Assembly: GCA_963765675.1 (NCBI GenBank)
Contig: CAVXXK010000004.1
Coordinates: 128,001-192,000, forward strand
Length of the DNA stretch: 64,000 nt
From: an uncultured delta proteobacterium
GTDB lineage: Bacteria > Desulfobacterota > Binatia > Binatales > Binataceae
Direction of reading: 5' to 3'
Shown here: positions 38,993 to 50,411 of the stretch, one piece after another
Layout of the letters: each line of letters starts with the position of its first letter
Position numbering within the stretch: position 1 is the first letter of the stretch
Translations under genes and position numbers: made by a program
The notes under the pieces: generated by a model
Told to the model about the DNA's origin: nothing
Databases searched by the model: none
The model's input: only the letters and a program-made list of their open reading frames with translations

Positions 38993-41900
38993 ATGACTAA
39001 TCCGGGCTCCAGGCTTATCGGGCGGACGCCCGAACTGATCGAGGTGCGCACCGCGCTGGCCGACGCGATAGCGGGTCGCGGCAGCTTACTGATGCTCGGC
39101 GGCGAACCGGGTATCGGCAAGACCGCGCTCGCCGACGAGATCTCGACTGAAGCGGCCGCGTGCGGCGCGCAAGTCGCGTGGGGCCGATGTTCGGAAGATA
39201 GCGGCGCGCCCGCGTACTGGCCATGGACGGAGATTCTGCGCACGCTGGTGCGGGGGCGTGATCGCAATTCGGTCGACGCGATACTTGGCGATCGCACGGC
39301 ACAGTTGACGGCGCTGATACCGGAGTTGGCCGCCTCCGCACCCTCCTCCGCCGGTCTGGCGCCCGCGCCGCGGGCAACCGGGATGGGTTCCGACGAGCCC
39401 GCCGATCAACGCTTTCGCCTGTTTGATTCGATCGCGACTCTGATCGGCGCGATTGCGCGCGAGCGTCCGCTGCTGATCGTTTTCGATGACGCGCACGACG
39501 CCGATCCCGCATCGCTGCTGCTGCTCCGGTTTGTCGCCCGCAGCGTGCGCCGACTCCCGCTGCTGCTGGTCGTCACCTATCGCGAAAACGAGCTGCGGCT
39601 CGATCCGAAACGGGCCGAGTCGCTGGCGGCCCTGCGCCGCGAAGGCTCAACCATGGTGCTCACCGGCCTGACGGCACCCGAGGTTGCGGTCTTCGTCGAA
39701 TCACGCATGCCGAGCGCGCCCGATGCGTCGCTGGTTGCGGAGCTGCGCAAGGTCACGGAAGGCAATCCATTTTTCTTAAGCGAGATTGTCCGTCTGTTGG
39801 CGGCCGAAGGTCCGGGCAGAGGCACCAAAAGTCCGTCGGCGTTCCGCATTCCCGATGGAGTCCGCGCCGCGATCCTGCGCCGGGTCGCGATGGTCTCGCA
39901 AACTGCGCGCGATGCACTCGGCGTCGCGGCGGTCGCGGGACGCGAGTTCGACCTCGCCACAATTCGCGAAGCATGCGCGATGCCGATCGAGTCGCTGCTG
40001 GCCGCGCTTGACGAGGCCGAGGCAGGAGGCCTGGTTACGACGCGACACGATCACATGGGCGGCTACCGCTTCAGCCATGCTCTGATTCCCGAGACCCTCT
40101 ACGCCGATCTGGGCAAAACAGCCGCGCGCGAGCTGCATCTGCGGATCGCACAAACCCTCGAAACGCTGCATCACTCGAACCTCGAGCCGCAGCTCGCCAA
40201 GCTCGCGTATCATTACGCCGCCGCGCTGCCGGCAGGCCCTCTCGACAAGGCGATTGCGTACACACGCCAGGCGGCGCAACACGCGCAGGCGATGCTCGCC
40301 TATGAAGAAGCAGTGCGGATGTACGAGATGGCAATCTCCGCGCTCGAACTCGGGCATCCCGACGCGGAGCGGTTGCGCTGCGAGATGCTCTTGAACCTGG
40401 GCGAGGCGCTCTACGGCGCGGGGTTGTTCGATCGCGCGCGGACTGCCTTCGCACGCGCGTCAGCGAGTGCGCGGCAAATCGGCAGCGCAGAAGATATGGC
40501 GCGCGCGGCATTGGGATTCGGGATGCCGCCGTCAACCCCGGATCGCGCCGATCGCGATCTGATCACGATGCTGGAGCAGGCGCGCGATGCTCTTGGCGCG
40601 TCCGATTCCGCGCTGCACGCGATGATCCTGGCGCGGATGTCAGTCGAATATTTCTGGGCGCACGACTCGCGCCGCGCCGAGCTTTCGCGCCAGGCCGTCG
40701 AGATCGCGCGGCGCTCCGGCGACCCGGCAACCCTGCTGTACGTTCTGTATGCGCGCCACACGGCGGTGTGGGAGCCTGACAATCTCGAAGAGCGCCTGGC
40801 GATCGCGAGCGAAATAATCGCGCTGGCGGGGCAGACCGGAAATCGGCGCTGGGCGCTCCGGGTCTGGGGTCTCGGCGCGCACTACATGCGCTTCGCCGAC
40901 CTGCTCGAAGCCGGGGATATTCCAGCGGTCGATCGGGAGATCGCGGAGTACTCGCGCCTCGCAGCCGAGCTGCGCCAGGACCTCGGATACGAGGAGCTGA
41001 TTCGCGCGACGCGCGCCCTGATGGACGGGCGCTTCGACGAGGCCGAACGGCTGGGAGTCAAGACGCTGGAAGTCGCGATGCGCCTGGAGCGGCGACTGGG
41101 TCCGTTTCGCGCGGCGGTGAATTCGCAATTGCTAATCCTGCGGCGCGAACAAGGCCGGCTCGCGGAGCTCGAGCCCGTCCTGCGCGCCGGTCTGGCGCGA
41201 ACTCCGGGCTCGGCGCTCAGGCGCTGCGCGATCGCTTTTCTATACTCGCAGACCGGCCGCCGCGCCGAAGCGCGCGCGAGTTTCGAGGAGCTGGCCGCCG
41301 GCAACTTCGCCGCGATGCCGCGCGACATGAGCGGGTACGCGACGATGGTGCTGCTGACGGAAGTGTGCGCGTACCTAGGCGACGCACCGCGCGCGCGGAT
41401 GCTGTACCAGTTGCTCGAACCGTACGCCGGCCGCAACGCCGTGCTCGATATCCACGTTTGCTACGGCTCGGTCGCGCACTACCTCGCGATGCTGGCGGCG
41501 ACGATTGGTGAGCTGGACCAGGCCGAGCGTCATTTTGAGGCCGCGCTGCGCTTCAATCTCGCAATGGGCGCCAGCGCCTGGGTCGCGCGCACGCGCTACG
41601 AATTCGCCGCGATGCTGCTCGCGCGCGACCAGCCCGGCGACCGCGAGCGCGCCCTCGAGCTCGCGGAGCTTGCACTGGCGACAGCCGAATCGCTCGGGAT
41701 GATCGCGCTCAAGGAAAATCTGCGCGAACTGACCGGCCCCGCTCCTCGCGCCGACGCCGGTCCCGACGGCACCGTCACGATCATGTTCACCGATATCGAG
41801 GATTCCACCGGCACCACCGAGCGCCTGGGCGATGTCCGCGCTCAAGCGTGGCTGCGCGAGCATAACGCGATCGTCCGCGAAAAGATTAAGGAGCATCAGG

Positions 41901-42289
41901 GGTTCGAAGTAAAATCGATGGGTGACGGATTCATGGTCGCCTTTCCCAGCGCGCGCCGCGCGCTCAATTGCGCGATCGCGATTCAGCGCGCGTGCTCGGC
42001 CTACTCGGAGAAGCATCGCGACGCACCGATCCGCGTGTCGATCGGTGCGCACACTGGCGAAGCGATAAAAGAGACCGGCGATTTTTACGGCAAGACGGTA
42101 ATCGTCGCATCGCGAATTGGCGCACGCGCGCGCGGCGGCGAAATTCTGGTCTCGGCAACGCTCAGAGAGCTGACCGTGAGCGCCGGCGATCTGATTTTCG
42201 ATGCCGGACGCGACCTCGAACTCAAAGGCCTGACCGGCGCGCATCGCGTGTACGCTCTCGAATGGGCAAACGCCAGCCCGCCGAAGTGA
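38993..42289 (+). CDS. STAND/AAA ATPase with TPR-like region and C-terminal class III adenylate/guanylate cyclase
   Basis: GEPGIGKT, FDDAHDAD, TEGNPFF; IMFTDIEDST, KSMGDGFM. Confidence 0.9.
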   Translation: MTNPGSRLIGRTPELIEVRTALADAIAGRGSLLMLGGEPGIGKTALADEISTEAAACGAQVAWGRCSEDSGAPAYWPWTEILRTLVRGRDRNSVDAILGDRTAQLTALIPELAASAPSSAGLAPAPRATGMGSDEPADQRFRLFDSIATLIGAIARERPLLIVFDDAHDADPASLLLLRFVARSVRRLPLLLVVTYRENELRLDPKRAESLAALRREGSTMVLTGLTAPEVAVFVESRMPSAPDASLVAELRKVTEGNPFFLSEIVRLLAAEGPGRGTKSPSAFRIPDGVRAAILRRVAMVSQTARDALGVAAVAGREFDLATIREACAMPIESLLAALDEAEAGGLVTTRHDHMGGYRFSHALIPETLYADLGKTAARELHLRIAQTLETLHHSNLEPQLAKLAYHYAAALPAGPLDKAIAYTRQAAQHAQAMLAYEEAVRMYEMAISALELGHPDAERLRCEMLLNLGEALYGAGLFDRARTAFARASASARQIGSAEDMARAALGFGMPPSTPDRADRDLITMLEQARDALGASDSALHAMILARMSVEYFWAHDSRRAELSRQAVEIARRSGDPATLLYVLYARHTAVWEPDNLEERLAIASEIIALAGQTGNRRWALRVWGLGAHYMRFADLLEAGDIPAVDREIAEYSRLAAELRQDLGYEELIRATRALMDGRFDEAERLGVKTLEVAMRLERRLGPFRAAVNSQLLILRREQGRLAELEPVLRAGLARTPGSALRRCAIAFLYSQTGRRAEARASFEELAAGNFAAMPRDMSGYATMVLLTEVCAYLGDAPRARMLYQLLEPYAGRNAVLDIHVCYGSVAHYLAMLAATIGELDQAERHFEAALRFNLAMGASAWVARTRYEFAAMLLARDQPGDRERALELAELALATAESLGMIALKENLRELTGPAPRADAGPDGTVTIMFTDIEDSTGTTERLGDVRAQAWLREHNAIVREKIKEHQGFEVKSMGDGFMVAFPSARRALNCAIAIQRACSAYSEKHRDAPIRVSIGAHTGEAIKETGDFYGKTVIVASRIGARARGGEILVSATLRELTVSAGDLIFDAGRDLELKGLTGAHRVYALEWANASPPK

Positions 42290-42342
42290 TCCCGCCGGCT
42301 CATTCCATCGGGCGGGATTTCGCTGCTAGGATTTCGATCGCC

Positions 42343-42684
42343 ATGAAAAAAGTTCTGATGATCTGCACGGGCAACAAGGATCGCAGCCCGACCGCAGCGA
42401 TGCTGGTGGCGGAGATGTGCGCGCCGATGTGGGTGACGTCGGCCGGCACCGAGCCGTGGGCTAAGAATCCGGTCAATTCGGAATTGATCGAAGAGGCCGA
42501 CGTGATCTGCGTAATGGAGGAAGCGCATCGCCGCTTCATCCTGGAGCGCTTTGGCTCCGCGCACGCCGAGAAGGTCGTCGTGCTCGATATCCCCGATAAT
42601 TACATCTGCTGGGAAGCCGAGCTGGTGCATCTGCTGAAGCCGAAGCTGCGCGCCGCGCTGGGGCTTGCAGCGCCCACTCGCTAG
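42343..42684 (+). CDS. Low-molecular-weight phosphotyrosine phosphatase-like protein
   Basis: CTGNKDRS P-loop; LDIPDNY. Confidence 0.85.
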   Translation: MKKVLMICTGNKDRSPTAAMLVAEMCAPMWVTSAGTEPWAKNPVNSELIEEADVICVMEEAHRRFILERFGSAHAEKVVVLDIPDNYICWEAELVHLLKPKLRAALGLAAPTR

Positions 42685-42735
42685 CGCGTCCATCTGGTGT
42701 AAGTTGGGAAAACGAACCCAACGGAGGCCCGCACG

Positions 42736-43221
42736 ATGGAAGACGCCCGGCTTAAACTGCTGCTCGATCGATCCGAGATAAGCGACGTTCAATTGCGCTA
42801 CGCGACCGGCCTGGATTTCCGCGACTGGACCGCATTCCGCTCCTGCTTTGCCGATGAAGTCGAGGTGGACTTCACTTCGCTGTTCCCCGGCCCGCCGCGC
42901 ACCGTCAGCGCCGATCGGTGGACCGAGTCGGCGCGCCGAACGGTCAGCGGACTCGCCGCGACTCAGCACATGATCACGAATCATGTCATCACCGTCGACG
43001 GCGACCGAGCCCTGTGCGTCGCATACGTGCAGGCGCAGCACTATCTTCCCAATGACAAGGGCGACAGCACGCAGACGATGGGCGGCTACTATACCAATCA
43101 GTTCGTCCGCACCTCCGCCGGATGGAAAATCAGCGCGTGCAAGCTGACGCTCACCTGGACCACCGGCAACTGGCACATCTTCGCGCTCGCGCGCGAGCGG
43201 CTGAAAGCCTCGGGCGGCTGA
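42736..43221 (+). CDS. NTF2/SnoaL-like protein
   Basis: RYATGLDFRDW, TQHMITNH, GWKI. Confidence 0.85.
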   Translation: MEDARLKLLLDRSEISDVQLRYATGLDFRDWTAFRSCFADEVEVDFTSLFPGPPRTVSADRWTESARRTVSGLAATQHMITNHVITVDGDRALCVAYVQAQHYLPNDKGDSTQTMGGYYTNQFVRTSAGWKISACKLTLTWTTGNWHIFALARERLKASGG

Positions 43222-43285
43222 GCGTCCCTTCGCGCTCACGCGGCGAAGTTAGCTATGCTGGATACGTCGCGCAGGAGAAAGATCG

Positions 43286-44824
43286 ATGGCAGAGCATGTT
43301 GTCGCTGATACGACCTCAGGAAAAATTCGCGGGACGGTTGACCAGGGCGTCAACATCTTCAAGGGAATCCCGTACGCCGCGCCGCCGATTGGTGCGAATC
43401 GGTTCAAGCCTCCGCTGAAAGCGGCGCCGTGGGCGGGAGTGCGCGACGCACTGAAGTTCGGCGCGCGCGCGATGCAGGACGACAACGCGTTCGCACTGCC
43501 TCCCGCGCTGCTGAAACTATTTGGCAGCGTCGAGCCTCAACCGATGAGCGAGGACTGCCTGGTCCTCAACGTGTGGACGCCCGCGCTCGCCGACGGCCGC
43601 AAACGCCCGGTGATGTTCTGGTGCCACGGCGGCGCGTTCATCGCTGGCTCCGGGTCCGCGCCGTGGTATGACGGCACCAATCTGGCACGCAAGGGCGACG
43701 TGGTCGTCGTGACGATCAACCATCGCCTGGGCGCATTCGGCTATACGCACCTGGCGGATATCGCCGGCGCCGAGTTCGATTCGTCAGGCAACGCCGGGAT
43801 GCTCGATATCGTCGCGGCGCTCGAATGGGTGCGTGACAATATCGCGAACTTCGGCGGCGATGCCGGCAACGTCACGATCTTCGGGGAGTCGGGCGGCGGC
43901 GCCAAAGTGTGCGTCCTGATGGCGATGCCGGAGGCGCACGGATTATTCCATAAAGCGATCATCCAGAGCGGACCGGCGGTGGAGATGGCGAGCCGCGACG
44001 ATGCGAGCGAAACCGCGCGCCAGCTTTTGTCCGAGTTAGGACTCACACCCGCACAAGCTGCAGAGCTGCGCGCGACCCCCGCTGAGCGCATCGCAAAGGC
44101 GCAAGCGGCGCTGTTAAGGCGCGTCAGCATGATGTCGTTCGCGAACCGGCGCAGGGTCGGGTTTAATCCTGTCGTCGATGGGAAACATCTGCCAGGCGGC
44201 CCATTCGCACCCGTCGCGCCGGCGATTTCTGCTCGCATACCGCTGATGATCGGAACCAACAAAGACGAAATGACGCTCTTCTTCGGATTTGCGCCGTGGC
44301 TCGACGGGATGGACGATGCCGCGATGCGCTCGCGCGTCGCGATGTTCGTGGGCGACCGCGCCGACTCGATTATCGCGTCGTACCGGAGCGCGCGGCCGTC
44401 GGACTCGCCGCGCGATATTGTGCTCGCGATCGCAACCGACCAGTCGATGCGCATCCCGTCGCTCGTCATCGCGGATCGCAAGGTCGCGCAGAACGGCGCG
44501 CCGGTCTTCGTCTACATGTTCACTTGGGAGACGCCGGTGCTCGAGGGCAGGCTCAAATCTCCCCACGCGCTCGAAATTCCATTCGTGTTCGATACGCTCC
44601 GCACCTCGAACCTGGCCGGTGAGGCACCGACGCGTTTCGCGTTGGGTGAAAAGATGAGCACGGCGTGGCTCGCGTTCGCGCGCACGGGAAATCCAAATCA
44701 TGGCGGGCTGCCGGATTGGCCCCATTACTCGCCCGAGCGTCGCGCAACTATGATTTTCGACAATCAATGCCGAGTCGAGGATGATCCGTACCGCGCGGAA
44801 CGGCTCGCGTGGAGCGGTCAATAG
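43286..44824 (+). CDS. Type B carboxylesterase
   Basis: [31 protein letters not shown]. Confidence 0.95.
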   Translation: MAEHVVADTTSGKIRGTVDQGVNIFKGIPYAAPPIGANRFKPPLKAAPWAGVRDALKFGARAMQDDNAFALPPALLKLFGSVEPQPMSEDCLVLNVWTPALADGRKRPVMFWCHGGAFIAGSGSAPWYDGTNLARKGDVVVVTINHRLGAFGYTHLADIAGAEFDSSGNAGMLDIVAALEWVRDNIANFGGDAGNVTIFGESGGGAKVCVLMAMPEAHGLFHKAIIQSGPAVEMASRDDASETARQLLSELGLTPAQAAELRATPAERIAKAQAALLRRVSMMSFANRRRVGFNPVVDGKHLPGGPFAPVAPAISARIPLMIGTNKDEMTLFFGFAPWLDGMDDAAMRSRVAMFVGDRADSIIASYRSARPSDSPRDIVLAIATDQSMRIPSLVIADRKVAQNGAPVFVYMFTWETPVLEGRLKSPHALEIPFVFDTLRTSNLAGEAPTRFALGEKMSTAWLAFARTGNPNHGGLPDWPHYSPERRATMIFDNQCRVEDDPYRAERLAWSGQ

Positions 44825-44868
44825 CATTTCGACTGGCGGCGCTCCAGGTAACAACACGTGAGTGCCGA

Positions 44869-45447
44869 ATGACCGTGGCTGAGTATATTCACCGTGCGCG
44901 GCGAGCGCCGCGAATCTCCGCTCTCGTACTGGCTATCCTCGTGTACGGCTGTGCGGCGGAACAGGCTACCGTCGTCGAGCCACCACCGGTCCCGCCGACT
45001 GTCGAAGCGTTGCCGTTTCAGGGACGCTTAGTCGAGGGCGATCCGACCGAGATTCCGCAGGCGGTAGCGATGTCATTGTCAGATACTTCTCCGATTCGAT
45101 TTTCGTACCGCGAAGAGCTAACTCACGACGAGCATCACACGCCGCTCTGGCTGACGGCGCTCGCTCCGACTACCTATTTGGGCGGAACGCTCGGCACCTA
45201 TGACGTTACTGCATTCGCTACCCTGTCCATCTCAAATCGAGACACGGTAATCGGGTACTATACGGCCAAAGCGCTGGTCTCACGATCCTATACTATTTAT
45301 TCGGAACCCACCCACGCGGAACTCGAGCGTGACGCGCGCGCCGAGGTGCGGGATAAGATCGACACGGAACTGGCTTTCGACAGGAATCGGCTGGCGGGCG
45401 CGCTCGCCGAATCAAGGAACCTGGCGAACGCTCCGGCAGCACCATGA
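44869..45447 (+). CDS. Hypothetical lipoprotein
   Basis: VYGC lipobox. Confidence 0.65.
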   Translation: MTVAEYIHRARRAPRISALVLAILVYGCAAEQATVVEPPPVPPTVEALPFQGRLVEGDPTEIPQAVAMSLSDTSPIRFSYREELTHDEHHTPLWLTALAPTTYLGGTLGTYDVTAFATLSISNRDTVIGYYTAKALVSRSYTIYSEPTHAELERDARAEVRDKIDTELAFDRNRLAGALAESRNLANAPAAP

Positions 45448-45860
45448 ATCGTCGCACTAGATTGTGGATGCTTTGCATCGCGATGCTGCCGGCGGCGGGT
45501 TGCGCCGTACAAGGTCAGCCGTTCGAGAAGGTGGAATTTCCGCCGAATCACGCCGTGATTTATGTGTATCGACCGTACAACTACGCCGGATCGTTGTTGC
45601 GGCCTGCTGTGACTTGCGGCGGCGAGAGCGCGGAAATCGGCCCGGGAGGCTATCACGCGTTTATTGTTCCGGCGGGCAAGGTCACGTGCACCGTTGCGGG
45701 GAGCGAAAGTTTCGACCAGGTTGAGATATTAGCGGAGCCACGAAATTACTATATCAAAGAGGAATACGCGTGGGGCATTCTCGACGGGCATCCGCATTTG
45801 AACCCGATTGATACGGACACTGCACACGACGAGATCGAGAGCTGCGTCCTCGAGCCGTGA
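45444..45860 (+). CDS. DUF2846-like lipoprotein
   Basis: AAGC lipobox; AVIYVYRP. Confidence 0.7.
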   Translation: MNRRTRLWMLCIAMLPAAGCAVQGQPFEKVEFPPNHAVIYVYRPYNYAGSLLRPAVTCGGESAEIGPGGYHAFIVPAGKVTCTVAGSESFDQVEILAEPRNYYIKEEYAWGILDGHPHLNPIDTDTAHDEIESCVLEP

Positions 45861-45872
45861 ATAGACGAGTTG

Positions 45873-47522
45873 CTACTTACTCTTCGCCCGGTTCGCGCGG
45901 TACTTGGTAATCAACGCGTTGGTCGAGCTGTCGTGCTTGAGCGCCGAATCGCTCTCCAACTCGGGGACGATTTTCTGCGCGAGTACCTTGCCCAGCTCGA
46001 CTCCCCATTGATCGAACGAGTCGATACTCCAGACCGTCCCCTGCGTGAATACGCTGTGCTCATAGATCGCGACCAGTTTGCCGAGGGTTTCTGGAGTAAG
46101 CTTTTCGGCGAGAATCGTGGTCGAAGGACGATTGCCCTCGAACACGCGATGCGGCACCAGCCAATCGGGAGTGCCTTCGGCCTTCACCTCTTCGGCAGTT
46201 TTGCCGAACGCAAGCGCCTCGGCTTGTGCGAATACGTTGGCCATCAGCAAATCATGATGACGTCCGAGCGGATTGAGCGTGCGGTAGAATCCGATGAAGT
46301 CGCAGGGAATGAGTTTCGTGCCCTGATGGATCAGTTGATAGAACGAGTGCTGCCCGTTGGTGCCGGGCTCGCCCCAGTAGATTGGACCGGTCTGGTAGTT
46401 AACTGTGGCGCCGTCGAGCGTGACGTGCTTGCCATTTGATTCCATCGTGAGCTGCTGCAGGTAGGCGGGAAAGCGTTTCAGATATTGCTCATAAGGAAAT
46501 ACGCCGACGGTTTGCGCGTCGAAGAAATCGTTGTACCAAACGGCGAGCAAGCCCATCAGTGCCGGCAGGTTTTTTTCAAATGGCGCGGTGCGGAAATGCT
46601 CGTCGACCGCGTGGAACCCGGACAGCATCGCGAGAAAATTCTCCGGACCGACCGCGATCATCGTCGAAAGCCCAATCGCCGAGTCCATCGAATAGCGTCC
46701 GCCCACCCAGTCCCAGAAGCCGAACATATTGGCGGTGTCGATTCCGAACTTCGCGACACCCTCGGCATTGGTCGAGACCGCCACGAAGTGCTTCGCGATC
46801 GCCTTCTCGTCGCCGAGTGCCCGCAGGCTCCAGTCGCGCGCGGTATGCGCGTTGGTCATCGTCTCGAGCGTGGTGAAAGTCTTGGACGAGATGATGAACA
46901 GGGTCTCGGCGGCGTCGAGGTCGCGTGTGGCCTCGGCGAAATCGGTTCCATCGACGTTCGAGACAAAGCGCATCGTCAGGTTGCGGTCGCTGTAATGGCG
47001 CAGCGCCTCGTACGCCATCACCGGGCCGAGATCCGAACCACCGATGCCGATATTGATCACGTTGCGGATGCGTTTGCCGGTGTGGCCGAGCCAGGCGCCG
47101 CTGCGCACCCGATTCGAAAAGTCGGACATCCTATCGAGGACCGCGTGAACTGCCGGCACGACGTTCTCGCCGTCGACGGTGATCGAGGCACCACGCGGCG
47201 CGCGCAGCGCGACGTGCAGCACCGCGCGTTTTTCGGTCACATTGATTTTCTCGCCCGAGAACATCGCGTCGATTCGCGAACGAAGTCCCGACTGCTCGGC
47301 GAGCGCGAGCAGCAGTCGGACAGTCTCGTCGGTGATGCGATGCTTCGAATAATCGGCGTGAAGGCCAACGGCGTCGAGCGTGAAGCGTTCGGCGCGGCCC
47401 GGATCATCTTTGAACATCGTCCGCAGATGGACGCTGCGAATCTTGCGATAGTGCTCGGCGAGCGCCTTCCACGCGGGACGTTCGGTTAACGGCACAATTT
47501 TCGCGGATACGGCGGTCGCCAT
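45873..47522 (-). CDS. pgi: Glucose-6-phosphate isomerase
   Basis: [29 protein letters not shown]. Confidence 0.98.
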   Translation of the reverse strand: MATAVSAKIVPLTERPAWKALAEHYRKIRSVHLRTMFKDDPGRAERFTLDAVGLHADYSKHRITDETVRLLLALAEQSGLRSRIDAMFSGEKINVTEKRAVLHVALRAPRGASITVDGENVVPAVHAVLDRMSDFSNRVRSGAWLGHTGKRIRNVINIGIGGSDLGPVMAYEALRHYSDRNLTMRFVSNVDGTDFAEATRDLDAAETLFIISSKTFTTLETMTNAHTARDWSLRALGDEKAIAKHFVAVSTNAEGVAKFGIDTANMFGFWDWVGGRYSMDSAIGLSTMIAVGPENFLAMLSGFHAVDEHFRTAPFEKNLPALMGLLAVWYNDFFDAQTVGVFPYEQYLKRFPAYLQQLTMESNGKHVTLDGATVNYQTGPIYWGEPGTNGQHSFYQLIHQGTKLIPCDFIGFYRTLNPLGRHHDLLMANVFAQAEALAFGKTAEEVKAEGTPDWLVPHRVFEGNRPSTTILAEKLTPETLGKLVAIYEHSVFTQGTVWSIDSFDQWGVELGKVLAQKIVPELESDSALKHDSSTNALITKYRANRAKSK

Positions 47523-47525
47523 CGC

Positions 47526-48611
47526 TCAGCTTGCCTTTTTGATCGCGGCGCTCTTGTCCTTGATGCATGACAACAGGTCATCCCAGGACTTGACGAACGA
47601 CGCGGCGCCTTCTTTCTGAAGCTGCTCAGCCAGAGCGTCGATATCGATACCCGCTTTCGTGAACTCGGCGAGTTCGCGTTCGGCGTCGCCGCCGTCGCGC
47701 GAGAGCATCGCACCGACTTCACCGTGATCCGCCATCGCGTGCAAAGTCTTTTCCGGAATCGTGTTAACAGTATGCGGCGAGGCGAGAGCTTTGACGTACA
47801 GAATGTCCGACGATTTGGGATCCTTGGTGCCGGTGCTTGCCCACAGCAAACGCTGCGCGCGCGCACCAAGGTTCGCGAGCCGCAGCCATCGGTCGCTGTC
47901 GAGCAGATCGCGATAAGCCTTGTAGGTGCGCTTCGCAATCGCAATTCCGAGCCTATCGCGCATCGCAGGCGGGACCTTCTGCGCGACGGCGACATCCCAT
48001 CGACTGATGAACACCGATGCGACCGAGCCGACGAACGGATTGAGGCCAGCGGCGACGCGGCGCTCGATTCCGCGCAGGTACGCCTCGGCGGCGGCGACAT
48101 ACTGCTCGCGCGAGAACAGCAGGGTGACGTTGATCGAGACGCCGGCGAAGATTGCTTCCTCGATCGCAGGCAGACCTTCGCGCGTGCCGGGAATCTTGAT
48201 GAACAGATTGGGGCGCGCTGCGCGGGCGAAAAGATCTTTGGCGGCCTTCACCGTGCTGGCGGTGTCGTACGCGAGTTTCGGGGAAACCTCGAGCGAGACC
48301 CATCCGTCCACGCGGTTGGTGTGCTCGTGCACCGGGCGGAACAGATCGGCCGCGCCGGTGAGATCTTCAAGCGCGAGATCGAAGAACAGTTCCTCGCCGT
48401 GGCGTCCGGCGGCGTTCTTTTTCGCGATCGCGGAATCGTAATCACCGCCGTTTTTGATCGCCTGGTCGAAGATGGTCGGATTGGAGGTAAGGCCGGTGAC
48501 CGAAAACTCGTCGATGTAGCGTTTAAGTCCGCCGCTGGTGAGCAGCGCGCGCGTGATGTTATCGAGCCACAGGCTTTGGCCTGCGTCGTGAAGCTGTTTG
48601 GTCGCTTTCAT
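47526..48611 (-). CDS. tal: Transaldolase
   Basis: GQSLWLD, GLTSNPTIF, IKIPGT, LWASTGTK. Confidence 0.96.
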   Translation of the reverse strand: MKATKQLHDAGQSLWLDNITRALLTSGGLKRYIDEFSVTGLTSNPTIFDQAIKNGGDYDSAIAKKNAAGRHGEELFFDLALEDLTGAADLFRPVHEHTNRVDGWVSLEVSPKLAYDTASTVKAAKDLFARAARPNLFIKIPGTREGLPAIEEAIFAGVSINVTLLFSREQYVAAAEAYLRGIERRVAAGLNPFVGSVASVFISRWDVAVAQKVPPAMRDRLGIAIAKRTYKAYRDLLDSDRWLRLANLGARAQRLLWASTGTKDPKSSDILYVKALASPHTVNTIPEKTLHAMADHGEVGAMLSRDGGDAERELAEFTKAGIDIDALAEQLQKEGAASFVKSWDDLLSCIKDKSAAIKKAS

Positions 48612-48668
48612 ACGGTCTCCTGCCGGATCGTCTTCTTCATTGATCATCCTCGCGGCGCGGACCGCGGG

Positions 48669-49880
48669 TCAATCGACGATCGCGGAATAAATTATGTTGC
48701 GTAACTGGCCGCGGAAGTTAAAGGTTCCCGAGGGCATGAGCTGGGTCATGAAGATCACGACCAGGTCTTCCTTCGGATCGACCCAGAAGATGGTCGAGGC
48801 GGCGCCGCCCCAGTAGTAGTCGCCCTCACCCAGCGCGCCGTGCGCGACCTGCCCGAGCGTCATCGCGAAGCCGAGTCCGAAGCCCACGCCTTCGTACGCG
48901 GTCTCGGAAAAATCTCCCGCCGCCATCTGGGTCAGGTCTTTGCCGCCAGCCAAATGATTCTGCCGCATCAGGTCGATCGTGCGCGAGCCGAGGATACGCG
49001 CGCCGTCGAGCTCTCCGCCGCGCCGGAGCATCTCGCAGAAGCGGAGGTAGTCGGCGGTGGTGCCGGTGAGTCCGCCACCGCCCGAGAAGAACGAGGGCTG
49101 CCTGAGATATGCGCTGCGTTCAGGATCGTCGATCAGCTTGAGAGTCTTGTCGGGTTTGCGTTCGTAATTCGCGGCGAAGCGGCCGGCGTTCTTCGGTGCG
49201 ACCGAGAACGCGGTGTCGGCCATGCCGAGCGGATCGAAAATCGTATCCTGCAAATACTGATCGAACCGCTTGCCCGAAATCGCTTCGACCAAGTAACCGC
49301 ACACGTCGGTCGAGAACGAGTACATCCACTGCTCACCGGGAGTATAACGCAGCGGCACTTTTGCGAGCTTGTGGACGAAGCTCGCGAGCGTCTCGCCCTC
49401 GGCACGGTTTACTCCTGCCGCGCGGTAGGCGCGATCGACAGGATGATTGGTCGCGCCGTAAGTCAGGCCGCCCTGATGGCTAAGCACGTGGCGCATCGTC
49501 ATCGGACGCGCAGGAACGGCCGTCTCCATCGCGGCGCCCTCGCCGGAAATCCAGACCTTGTGATCGCGCCATTCCGGAATAAATCGCGAGACCGGATCAT
49601 TGAGCTGGAAATACCCCTGCTCGTAGAGGCTCATCAGCGCGACCGAGGTAATCGGCTTCGACATCGAGTAGAGGCGAAAGATCGTGTCGTCGGCCATCGG
49701 CGTTTTGCGCTCGCGATCCGCCATGCCCATCGACTTGAAGTAGGCGACGTGGCCGTGGCGCGCGACGAGCGTCTGGCATCCGGAGATTTTCCCGGACTCA
49801 ATATAGTTGCGGTTCAGGTGATCGGTAATTCGATCGAGCCGATCGGGCGCGAATCCTGCGCGTTTCGGTGAGGTCTCCAT
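48669..49880 (-). CDS. Serine hydrolase, beta-lactamase family
   Basis: SMSK, PGEQWMYS, YYWGG. Confidence 0.9.
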   Translation of the reverse strand: METSPKRAGFAPDRLDRITDHLNRNYIESGKISGCQTLVARHGHVAYFKSMGMADRERKTPMADDTIFRLYSMSKPITSVALMSLYEQGYFQLNDPVSRFIPEWRDHKVWISGEGAAMETAVPARPMTMRHVLSHQGGLTYGATNHPVDRAYRAAGVNRAEGETLASFVHKLAKVPLRYTPGEQWMYSFSTDVCGYLVEAISGKRFDQYLQDTIFDPLGMADTAFSVAPKNAGRFAANYERKPDKTLKLIDDPERSAYLRQPSFFSGGGGLTGTTADYLRFCEMLRRGGELDGARILGSRTIDLMRQNHLAGGKDLTQMAAGDFSETAYEGVGFGLGFAMTLGQVAHGALGEGDYYWGGAASTIFWVDPKEDLVVIFMTQLMPSGTFNFRGQLRNIIYSAIVD

Positions 49881-49924
49881 CCCGGTCTCCTCTGTACGTC
49901 TTGTGCGAATGAATGAGCGCCGCG

Positions 49925-50341
49925 CTACGCGATGCGTTCGAGCGTGAACACCGGAATCTCGCGCTTGGTCTTTTGCCGATATTCATTGAATTGCGGCATC
50001 TGCGCCGCTTGCGCGTTGAACAGACGCTCGCGCTCGGCTCCCGAGGTCACGTGCGCTCGCGCCTGAAACTTTTCGGTCCCGACTTCGACCGTGATGACGG
50101 AGTTCGCGACCAGATTGTGGTACCAGTCGGGATTCTTGGGCGCTCCCGCCTTGGACGCGATTATTACGAGCCGATCGCCGTCGCGCGTATAGACCAGCGG
50201 GGTCGTGTAGGTCTTGCCGCTCTTGGCGCCCTTGGTCGTCAGCAGGATCATCGAAGCGCCCGCGAACGGACCGCCGACCTTTCCGCCGTTGGCGCGAAAT
50301 TCCTCGATCACCTTCCGATTAAAATCATTCATGTCCGCCAT
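49925..50341 (-). CDS. F420-dependent nitroreductase/quinone reductase (Ddn family)
   Basis: IEEFRANGG, LLTTKGAKSG, ASKAG..PDWYHNL. Confidence 0.92.
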   Translation of the reverse strand: MADMNDFNRKVIEEFRANGGKVGGPFAGASMILLTTKGAKSGKTYTTPLVYTRDGDRLVIIASKAGAPKNPDWYHNLVANSVITVEVGTEKFQARAHVTSGAERERLFNAQAAQMPQFNEYRQKTKREIPVFTLERIA

Positions 50342-50411
50342 GATTCCTCCGTGCTCGCGCGCAGGATGTGCGAGTCCACTTGTCAGAGTAGCAGACCGTG
50401 CGAAATCTCGG

